DNA of 64,000 nucleotides from an uncultured Clostridia bacterium (GTDB lineage Bacteria; Bacillota; Clostridia; TANB77; CAG-465): NCBI GenBank assembly GCA_944386635.1, contig CALXBV010000029.1, positions 8,896 to 72,895 of the forward strand, read 5' to 3'. Shown piece by piece: positions 56,670 to 64,000 of this stretch (position 1 is its first letter; each line of letters starts with the position of its first letter). The notes under the pieces were generated by a model. It saw only the letters and a program-made list of their open reading frames with translations, ran no database searches and was not told where the DNA came from. The position numbers and the translations under genes were made by a program.

Positions 56670-56932
56670 TTAAATTCCTCCTTTTAATTAAAAATGGGTA
56701 TACCAATTTGTTACCCATATAATAATACCATAAAATGTTACAAAAAGCAACATAAGTGTATAAAAACATTTAAATAATAATTAATTATCAAATTATATTT
56801 TACATAAAAATTAAATTATAATATTAATTTTAATAATTTTATTATAATAAATAACTGTTGATTTTAGATGTAGTTTATGATAAAATAAGATAGAAAATAG
56901 GAATATATCCTATTAAATAAGGAGGAATAAAA

Positions 56933-57472
56933 ATGGAATTAAAAGGTTCAAAAACAGAACAAAATTTGATGACTGCTTTTGCAGGAGAATCACAAGCAAG
57001 AAACAAATATACTTACTTTGCATCAAAAGCTAAAAAAGAAGGATATGAGCAAATTGCTGCTATATTCCAAGAGACTGCAGACAACGAAAAAGAACATGCT
57101 AAAATGTGGTTTAAACTTTTAAATGGAGGAGATATTCCAACAACTGTCGAAAACTTAAAAGCTGCTGCTGAAGGTGAAAACTATGAGTGGACAGAGATGT
57201 ATGATAAAATGGCTAAAGAAGCTAAAGAAGAAGGATTTGATAGAATTGCATATCTATTTGAAGCAGTAGGTAAAATAGAAAAAGAACATGAAGAAAGATA
57301 CTTAAAGTTATTAGACAATGTTAAAGAAGGTAAAGTTTTTGATTGTGGTGAAGTTAAAGTATGGAAATGTAGAAATTGTGGACACATTCATGTAGGAAAA
57401 ACTGCACCAGCTGTTTGCCCTGTATGTTCACATCCACAAGCATACTTTGAAATAAAAGCAGAAAATTATTAA
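56933..57472 (+). CDS. rbr: Rubrerythrin
   Basis: Ferritin-like diiron ExxH motifs (EKEHAKM, EKEHEER) plus C-terminal rubredoxin-like CRNCGH...CPVCSH. Confidence 0.9.
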   Translation: MELKGSKTEQNLMTAFAGESQARNKYTYFASKAKKEGYEQIAAIFQETADNEKEHAKMWFKLLNGGDIPTTVENLKAAAEGENYEWTEMYDKMAKEAKEEGFDRIAYLFEAVGKIEKEHEERYLKLLDNVKEGKVFDCGEVKVWKCRNCGHIHVGKTAPAVCPVCSHPQAYFEIKAENY

Positions 57473-57568
57473 TAATAAAAATGATAAATAGTTTCTTACT
57501 ATTTATCATTTTTTTTGCTTATGATATAATTAATAATGTTTGTTAACTAATATTAATTGGGGTGCATT

Positions 57569-58300
57569 ATGAATAAAAATAATTTGAAAAAGAATATTAA
57601 AGATAATTTATTAAAATATATATTACTGTTATTGGTAATTATATTATTTATAGGAATAATAATTTGGCTTTTTTCAATTATGAAGAATATAACAACAACT
57701 CAAGGGCAAATAGAATTCAAGGAAAAAATAGATAGTATGGGAATTATTGGTGCATTAGTTCTTTTTGGATTACAATTTGCACAAATTTTTTTAGTGGTGT
57801 TACCAGGTGAACCATTAGAGGTACTAGCTGGAATGTGTTACGGTGCTTTTTGGGGTTCTATATTTGTTTTTTTTAGTGTATTTATTATTACTACAATTAT
57901 AGTAGTAGTTACAAAGAAATTTGGAGAAAAGTTTATTAATAAAATTTGGAATGAAAAAAAGATAAATAAAATAAAAAATAGTAAGGCATTTAGAAATGCC
58001 AAAAGAATAGAAATTTTAATGATAATATTATTTTTAATTCCCGGTACACCTAAAGATTTACTTGTATATATAGGTGCAATATTACCAATAAATCATGTAA
58101 GGTTCATCTTAATATCAACTTTTATGAGATTTCCATCTGTTATATCTTCAACACTCGCTGGAGCAAATATTGCAACAGGTGATTTTAAATCAACAATATG
58201 GGTATATGTAGTTACATTTATAATTACAGTACTTGCAATATTCATAACTGGTAAATATGATAAAAATACTAAAGAGGCAATAAATGTTTTAAAAAAATAA
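57569..58300 (+). CDS. TVP38/TMEM64 (DedA superfamily) membrane protein
   Basis: VVLPGEPLEVLAGMCYGAFWGS signature of the SNARE-associated/TVP38 family. Confidence 0.7.
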   Translation: MNKNNLKKNIKDNLLKYILLLLVIILFIGIIIWLFSIMKNITTTQGQIEFKEKIDSMGIIGALVLFGLQFAQIFLVVLPGEPLEVLAGMCYGAFWGSIFVFFSVFIITTIIVVVTKKFGEKFINKIWNEKKINKIKNSKAFRNAKRIEILMIILFLIPGTPKDLLVYIGAILPINHVRFILISTFMRFPSVISSTLAGANIATGDFKSTIWVYVVTFIITVLAIFITGKYDKNTKEAINVLKK

Positions 58301-58440
58301 AATATAAATTAAATGATTTTGCATAAAATATTACTAAGAAAAAATTAATTTATATTATATGAAATATAATATAAAACTTGTTGAAAAAATATATTTGGTA
58401 TGATATTATAATGTATGGTAAAAAATATAAGGAGGTATTT

Positions 58441-60675
58441 ATGGATTTTAAACAATGGACAGGTTTTGATAAATCTGGAGAATGGACAAAAGAAATTGAT
58501 GTAAGAGGTTTTATTCAAAGAAATTATACTCCTTATGAAGGAGATGACTCCTTCTTAAAAGGAACAACTGAAAGAACAAAAAAATTATGGGATAAAGTAT
58601 TAAAATTATATGAAAAAGAAAGAAAAAAAGGAGTATTAGATGTTGATACTAAGACTCCTTCAGCTGTAAATGCATATGAGGCAGGATATATAGATAAAGA
58701 TTTAGAGCAAATAGTAGGGCTTCAAACTGATGCTCCGCTTAAAAGAGCTATTATGCCTAACGGTGGTATTAGAATAGTTGAAAAATCATGTGAGGCATAT
58801 GGTTACGAGGTAGATAAAGAAACAGATTATATATACAATAATTTAAGAAAAACACATAATGAGGGTGTGTTTAGTGTATATACACCAGATATAAGAGCTG
58901 CAAGAAGTTCTCATTTACTTACTGGTCTTCCTGATGGTTATGGACGTGGAAGAATTATAGGGGATTATAGAAGAGTTGCGCTATATGGTGTAGATGTTTT
59001 AATTGAAGAAAAGAAAACAGAACTTGAAATTTTAGATGTAGATGAATTTACAGAAAAAGTAATTAGAGAACGTGAGGAAATACATGATCAAATAAAAGCT
59101 TTAGAAGATTTAAAGAAGATGGCTTTAAGATATGGATATGACATATCTGTACCAGCAAAAGATGCTAAAGAAGCTATCCAATGGTTATATTTTGCATATT
59201 TAGCTGCAACTAAAGACCAAAATGGTGCTGCTATGAGTATCGGTAGAACATCTACTTTCTTAGATATATATATACAAAGAGATTTAGATAATAATATAAT
59301 AACTGAAGAAGAAGCTCAAGAGCTTATGGATCATTTTGTAATGAAATTACGTATGATTAGATTTTTACGTACACCAGAATATAACGAACTATTCAGTGGA
59401 GATCCTGTATGGGTAACTGAGAGTATTGGTGGAATGGGAATAGATGGAAGAACATTGGTAACTAAAAATTCATATAGAGTTTTACATACTCTAATAAATT
59501 TAGGACCTGCACCAGAGCCTAATTTGACAATATTATGGTCTAAGAATTTACCTGAAAACTTTAAAAAATATACTGCCAAAATTTCTATTAAGACCTCATC
59601 AATTCAATATGAAAATGATGATTTGATGAGAGAAACATTAGGAGATGACTATGGAATAGCATGTTGTGTCTCTGCAATGAAAATAGGAAAGCAAATGCAA
59701 TTTTTTGGGGCAAGAGCAAACTTGGCTAAAACATTATTATATGCTATAAACGGTGGAAGAGATGAAGTCTCTGGAAAACAAGTTACACCAAGATATGAGC
59801 CTATTACATCTGAATACTTAGATTATGATGAAGTAGTTGCAAAATTTGACCAAATGATGGAATATGTGGCTAAAATATATATTAAAGCATTAAATGCAAT
59901 ACATTATATGCATGATAAATATTCTTATGAAGCATTAGAGATGGCTTTGCATGATAAAGATATATTAAGGACTATGGCATGTGGTATAGCAGGACTTTCT
60001 GTAGTTGCAGATTCTCTATCTGCCATTAAATATGCTAAAGTAAAAGTTATACGTGATGAAACTGGTCTTGCAGTAGACTATAGCATAGAAGGAGATTTTC
60101 CAAAGTTTGGAAATGATGATGATAGGGTAGATGATATTGCAGTAAATATAGTAAAACAATTTATGAGAAAGCTTCAAAAGCATATTACATATAGAGATTC
60201 AAAACAGACATTATCAATACTTACTATAACATCAAATGTAGTATATGGAAAAGCTACAGGAAACACGCCAGATGGAAGAAGAAGTGGTGAACCATTTGGA
60301 CCTGGAGCAAATCCTTTACATGGAAGAGACACAAATGGAGCAGTTGCTGTAATGAATTCTATAGCTAAACTTCCATATGAATATTCTGAAGATGGTATAT
60401 CTTATACTTTCTCAATTACTCCTGGAACTCTAGGAAATGAAATGGATATACAGGTTAAAAATTTAGTTAATTTACTTGATGGATATTTTAAACAAACAGG
60501 ACATCATATTAATGTTAATGTGTTTGATAGGGCGCTTTTAGAAGATGCTATGGAGCATCCAGAAAAATATCCACAACTTACAATTCGTGTATCTGGATAT
60601 GCAGTTAACTTTGTAAAATTAACAAGAGAACAGCAACTAGATGTTATAAATAGAACAATACATGAGAAGTTTTAA
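58441..60675 (+). CDS. pflB: Formate C-acetyltransferase (pyruvate formate-lyase)
   Basis: Strong RBS AAGGAGGT at 58429. Catalytic CC in GIACCVSA, glycyl-radical motif RVSGYAVNF near the C-terminus, about 745 aa. Confidence 0.93.
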   Translation: MDFKQWTGFDKSGEWTKEIDVRGFIQRNYTPYEGDDSFLKGTTERTKKLWDKVLKLYEKERKKGVLDVDTKTPSAVNAYEAGYIDKDLEQIVGLQTDAPLKRAIMPNGGIRIVEKSCEAYGYEVDKETDYIYNNLRKTHNEGVFSVYTPDIRAARSSHLLTGLPDGYGRGRIIGDYRRVALYGVDVLIEEKKTELEILDVDEFTEKVIREREEIHDQIKALEDLKKMALRYGYDISVPAKDAKEAIQWLYFAYLAATKDQNGAAMSIGRTSTFLDIYIQRDLDNNIITEEEAQELMDHFVMKLRMIRFLRTPEYNELFSGDPVWVTESIGGMGIDGRTLVTKNSYRVLHTLINLGPAPEPNLTILWSKNLPENFKKYTAKISIKTSSIQYENDDLMRETLGDDYGIACCVSAMKIGKQMQFFGARANLAKTLLYAINGGRDEVSGKQVTPRYEPITSEYLDYDEVVAKFDQMMEYVAKIYIKALNAIHYMHDKYSYEALEMALHDKDILRTMACGIAGLSVVADSLSAIKYAKVKVIRDETGLAVDYSIEGDFPKFGNDDDRVDDIAVNIVKQFMRKLQKHITYRDSKQTLSILTITSNVVYGKATGNTPDGRRSGEPFGPGANPLHGRDTNGAVAVMNSIAKLPYEYSEDGISYTFSITPGTLGNEMDIQVKNLVNLLDGYFKQTGHHINVNVFDRALLEDAMEHPEKYPQLTIRVSGYAVNFVKLTREQQLDVINRTIHEKF

Positions 60676-60689
60676 TATTTGGAGGAGAC

Positions 60690-61400
60690 ATGAAAGGAAG
60701 AATACACTCATTTGAAAGCCTAGGAGCTGTTGACGGACCTGGAATTAGATATGTAATATTTATGCAGGGATGTAATTTAAAATGTAAATATTGTCAAAAT
60801 AGAGATACATGGGATGTAAACGGTGGTAAAGAATATGAAGTAAGCCAAGTAATGGATAGAATATTAAGATATAAAAATTACATAGTACCAAATGGTGGTG
60901 TAACAATAAGTGGTGGCGAACCATTATTACAAGCTAGGTTTTTAATTGAACTTTTTAAGTGTTTAAAAAAAGAAGGTATAAATACTTGCATTGATACGTC
61001 TGGTAATGTACCATTAACAGATGAAATAAAAAAGCTAATAGACTTGACAGATTTGTTTTTACTTGATATTAAATGTATTAATGATAATGTATGTAAAGAT
61101 CTTGTTGGTGTTTCAAATAAGAGGGAACTAGAATTTGCTAAGTTTTTAAGTGATAATAGTAAAAAAATGTGGATAAGGCAGGTTCTTGTTCCTGGAATAA
61201 CTGATGTAAAGGCTGATTTGCAAGAATTGTCAAAATTTATACGTACATTAAATGGAGTAGAAAAGGTAGAATTATTAAAATATCATGATTTAGGAAAATT
61301 TAAATGGAAAAATTTAAATTTAAATTATCCTTTAGAAGGATATAGAACAGCTAATGAAGATGATGTTAAAAGAGCAAAAGAAATAATGGATTTGAAATAG
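60690..61400 (+). CDS. pflA: Pyruvate formate-lyase activating enzyme (radical SAM)
   Basis: GCNLKCKYCQN (CX3CX2C), GGVTISGGEPLLQ. Confidence 0.92.
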   Translation: MKGRIHSFESLGAVDGPGIRYVIFMQGCNLKCKYCQNRDTWDVNGGKEYEVSQVMDRILRYKNYIVPNGGVTISGGEPLLQARFLIELFKCLKKEGINTCIDTSGNVPLTDEIKKLIDLTDLFLLDIKCINDNVCKDLVGVSNKRELEFAKFLSDNSKKMWIRQVLVPGITDVKADLQELSKFIRTLNGVEKVELLKYHDLGKFKWKNLNLNYPLEGYRTANEDDVKRAKEIMDLK

Positions 61401-61423
61401 TATAAATATAGGAGGGAATAATA

Positions 61424-62788
61424 TTGAGAAAATATTTTGGAACAGATGGTATAAGAAGAATTGCAAATACAGAGCTTACACCAGAACTTGTATATAAAGT
61501 AGCAAAGGCAGGAGCATATGTATTATCTAAGCATACAGATCATACACCAACAATTTTTATAGGAAGGGATACTAGAATATCTGGAACTTTAATTGAAAGC
61601 GCAATGATAGCTGGATTTTTGAGCTATGGTGCTAATGTAAAAACTTTAGGAGTTATGCCAACTCCTGCTGTTGCATATTTAACACGTAAATTTAAGGCTG
61701 ATGCATCTGTTGTAATATCTGCATCACACAATACTTATGAATTTAATGGAGTAAAATATTTTAGTAATAAAGGAATGAAAATTCCAGATAGCTTAGAAGA
61801 AGAAATAGAGCAAATAATGGATTCTGGAAAATTAGAAGAGCTTACAGCATGCAATGATAAAATTGGCGTAAGTGAAAACAGAGAGGATTTACTTGAAGAG
61901 TATGTATTTTTCTTTAGAAAAATATTTGAAGATAAGCTATTGGATGTTTTAGATGATAATTTTAAAGTAGTAATAGATACTGCAAATGGTGCAACAAGTA
62001 AAGTAGCACCAAAGGTGTTTAAGGCATTAGGTATAAATTATGAAGTAATAAATAATACTCCTGATGGTATAAATATTAATAAAGACTGTGGTTCAACACA
62101 TATAGAAAATTTAGCCAAATATGTTGTAGATAATCATTTTAATTTAGGTGTTGCTTATGATGGAGATGGAGATAGATGCTTATGTGTTGATGAAAATGGT
62201 AATGTTTTAGATGGTGATATAATTCTTGCTATAGTATCAGATTATTTGAAAAAGAATAATAAGTTAAAAAAAGATACACTTGTTGCAACAGTTATGAGCA
62301 ATTTAGGACTTAAGAAATATTGCAAAAATAATGGAATTAATTTTGTTCAGACAAGTGTTGGAGATAGATATGTTTTAGAAAATATGTTAGAGAATGGATA
62401 TAATTTAGGAGGAGAACAATCAGGACATATAATTTTCTTAGATTATAATCCAACAGGAGACGGAATATTAACATCATTAATGCTAATACAAATATTGTTA
62501 GAGTCAAAGAAAAAAGCAAGTGAATTGGCATCTAAAATTACTATATATCCACAAGTACTTGTTAATGCAAAGGTATCAGGAGATAAGAAATATAAATATT
62601 TGGAAGATGAAGTAATAAAGAAAAAAATAGAAGAAATAGAAAAAGAATTTGCAGATAGTGGTAGAGTACTTATTAGACCATCTGGAACAGAACCTTTAGT
62701 AAGAGTAATGATTGAAGGAGAAAATCAAGAAGTTTTGGATAAAAGAGCACATGAACTTGCAGATTTAATTGAAAAAAGACTTAAATAG
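61424..62788 (+). CDS. glmM: Phosphoglucosamine mutase
   Basis: TTG start after GGAGGG. YFGTDGIRG-like N-terminus, active-site SASHNTYEFNGVK, GDGDR. Confidence 0.92.
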   Translation: MRKYFGTDGIRRIANTELTPELVYKVAKAGAYVLSKHTDHTPTIFIGRDTRISGTLIESAMIAGFLSYGANVKTLGVMPTPAVAYLTRKFKADASVVISASHNTYEFNGVKYFSNKGMKIPDSLEEEIEQIMDSGKLEELTACNDKIGVSENREDLLEEYVFFFRKIFEDKLLDVLDDNFKVVIDTANGATSKVAPKVFKALGINYEVINNTPDGININKDCGSTHIENLAKYVVDNHFNLGVAYDGDGDRCLCVDENGNVLDGDIILAIVSDYLKKNNKLKKDTLVATVMSNLGLKKYCKNNGINFVQTSVGDRYVLENMLENGYNLGGEQSGHIIFLDYNPTGDGILTSLMLIQILLESKKKASELASKITIYPQVLVNAKVSGDKKYKYLEDEVIKKKIEEIEKEFADSGRVLIRPSGTEPLVRVMIEGENQEVLDKRAHELADLIEKRLK

Positions 62789-62799
62789 ATATAATTAGA

Positions 62800-62840
62800 T
62801 AGCATATTTATACAAAAAAATATAAGTATGCTATTTTTAT
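62800..62840 (+). terminator. Probable terminator after glmM
   Basis: Stem TAGCATA ... TATGCTA (long loop) followed by TTTTTAT. Confidence 0.45.
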
Positions 62841-62894
62841 GTTTTCATAAATTACTAAAAAAAGCTTATTTTCGCAAATTATTTGCGTTTCTTA

Positions 62895-62923
62895 TTGTTA
62901 ATTAGTATTAGTTATGGTATAAT
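62895..62923 (+). promoter_or_regulatory. Strong sigma-A promoter upstream of mgtE (extended -10)
   Basis: -35 TTGTTA (62895-62900), 17-nt spacer, TGgTATAAT (-10 at 62918-62923). Confidence 0.6.
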
Positions 62924-62958
62924 AAATAATGTAGTTAAGTGGACTACAAATAATATAG

Positions 62959-62982
62959 AGACTATTAAAAATAGTCTTTTTT
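62959..62982 (+). terminator. Leader terminator/attenuator between the promoter and the mgtE start
   Basis: Stem AGACTAT / ATAGTCT with AAAA loop, followed by TTTTTT; lies about 35 nt after the predicted TSS and 45 nt before the mgtE ATG. Confidence 0.5.
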
Positions 62983-63028
62983 ATTACTGTCAATTTTTTA
63001 TATTATAGAAAGTGGGGGGATTAGTATT

Positions 63029-64000
63029 ATGTTAGAGAAAAATTACGAAGTAGAAAAAGAAAAAGTTCTAGAATTAATAGAACAAAAAAAATTTAATCAA
63101 TTAAAGGAATATTTAGGAAGGATAAATGGTGCTGATTTCCCGAGTATTTTCGAAGAAATTGATGATGAAGATGTACTAATAGTTTTTAGACTTTTAAACA
63201 AAGAAAAGGCAGCTGAAATATTTACTGAATTAGATTCAGATTTACAGGAAAGACTTATAAATTCTTTTTCAGATGTAGAGTTAAAGAATGTAGTGGATAA
63301 GCTATTTATGGACGATACAGTAGATATTATTGAGGAGATGCCATCAAATGTTGTAAAACGTATATTAAGAACTGTTAGTGATAAAGATAGAAAGATTATA
63401 AATGAGATATTGAATTATCCAGACGATAGTGCTGGTAGCATAATGACAACAGAGTTTATAGACTTGAAAGAAAATATGACTGTTGATGAAGCTTTTGAAA
63501 AGATAAAAAAGATAGGATTAAAAAAAGAAACAGTATATAATTCTTATGTTTTAGATAAAAATAGAAAGTTACTAGGTGTGATTGATATTAAAAATCTATT
63601 GGTAGCTGATAGAAATCAAAAAATAAGTGAATTAATGGATACAAATGTTATTAAAGTTAATACACTTGATGATAAAGAAGATGTTGCAAGAATTTTTGAT
63701 AAATATGATTATGTCGCATTACCTGTTGTAGATAAAGAATCTAGACTTGTTGGTATTGTAACTGTTGATGATGCAATAGATGTAATGAAAGAAGAGGCTT
63801 CAGAAGATTTTGAAAAAATGGCAGCTATTACTCCAAGTGAAGATGGATATTATAAGACATCAGTACTTACACATGCTAAAAATAGAATAGTATGGTTACT
63901 TTTTTTAATGTTTTCTTCTATAGTAACTGGAGCTGTAATTACTCATTATGAGCAAGCTTTTGCTGCTTTGCCAATACTTGTATCTTTTATACCAATGATA
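63029..64000 (+). CDS. mgtE: Magnesium transporter MgtE, N-terminal part (N-domain, two CBS domains, first TM); 3' end outside the window
   Basis: RBS AGTGGGGGGATT. MgtE N-domain (FEEIDDEDVLIVFRLLNKEKAAEIFTELD), CBS pairs, then TM start LLFLMFSSIVTGAVI; no stop before the window end. Confidence 0.88.
   Translation, partial: MLEKNYEVEKEKVLELIEQKKFNQLKEYLGRINGADFPSIFEEIDDEDVLIVFRLLNKEKAAEIFTELDSDLQERLINSFSDVELKNVVDKLFMDDTVDIIEEMPSNVVKRILRTVSDKDRKIINEILNYPDDSAGSIMTTEFIDLKENMTVDEAFEKIKKIGLKKETVYNSYVLDKNRKLLGVIDIKNLLVADRNQKISELMDTNVIKVNTLDDKEDVARIFDKYDYVALPVVDKESRLVGIVTVDDAIDVMKEEASEDFEKMAAITPSEDGYYKTSVLTHAKNRIVWLLFLMFSSIVTGAVITHYEQAFAALPILVSFIPMI

Noticed and set aside
1343-57387. Numerous 60-170-aa minus-strand ORFs in the six-frame track nested inside + strand genes (e.g. 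1343-1570, 2040-2300, 2206-2457, 8802-9043, 10799-11005, 15526-15798, 22621-23145, 24954-25327, 32525-32779, 33327-33779, 46255-46464, 57181-57387)
   Set aside because: All are antisense to long, motif-supported genes. They have Leu/Ile/Phe/Tyr-rich low-complexity translations typical of AT-rich antisense frames, and lack RBSs; treated as artefacts.
62841-63028. M-box (ykoK) Mg2+ riboswitch expected upstream of mgtE
   Set aside because: The leader between the promoter and the ATG is only about 100 nt, extremely AT-rich, and lacks the conserved GC-rich M-box core.
1-64000. CRISPR arrays, tRNA/rRNA genes, IS elements, integrases, or phage genes
   Set aside because: No spaced direct repeats, cloverleaf-like GC-rich segments, transposase/integrase ORFs or terminal inverted repeats were seen; the pilus island is not flanked by recognisable mobility genes.

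Overview
Low-GC (~27%) chromosomal segment from a Gram-positive anaerobe, Clostridium-like by gene content and codon usage. It is almost entirely + strand and densely coded. In order it carries: the 3' half of uvrA; a tiny Cys/Gly-rich membrane peptide on the opposite strand; an rRNA m5U methyltransferase; a fused GT8/UgtP-like glycosyltransferase; an acyl-ACP thioesterase; a tandem rarA - degraded mini-uvrA - rarA module; two paralogous flavodoxin / flavin-reductase / cupin / CMD / SDR 'redox islands', each under local regulators (TetR/MerR/LysR) and each with a cyclophilin-like gene next to a flavodoxin; the dTDP-rhamnose operon rfbDACB; an ~11.5 kb sortase-dependent pilus/adhesin island; then housekeeping genes rubrerythrin, pflB-pflA, glmM and the start of mgtE. 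No rRNA, tRNA, CRISPR, transposase or phage genes were seen. The pilus island resembles the Streptococcus pyogenes FCT pilus loci. It has a ~2690-aa Cna-B/MucBP/Listeria-Bacteroides-repeat adhesin split by a 1-nt frameshift, a DivIVA-domain mini-ORF, a catalytically dead SipA-like signal peptidase homologue, a pilin, a class B sortase and a minor pilin. The most unusual items: (a) the FCT-like pilus island; (b) two rarA paralogues flanking a UvrA-derived mini ABC-ATPase remnant that lacks all DNA-damage-recognition inserts; (c) a 52-aa metallothionein-like Cys/Gly peptide ending in a TM helix and a poly-Cys tail; (d) two unrelated small genes each killed by two in-frame GAA->TAA ochre codons with no frameshift; (e) membrane-tethered flavodoxin and cyclophilin-like proteins with a His-rich membrane protein, suggesting a membrane-associated flavin redox module; (f) fusions GT8+GT28 and CMD+cupin. 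No homology searches or numeric computations could be run; all calls come from reading the sequence and recalled family signatures.
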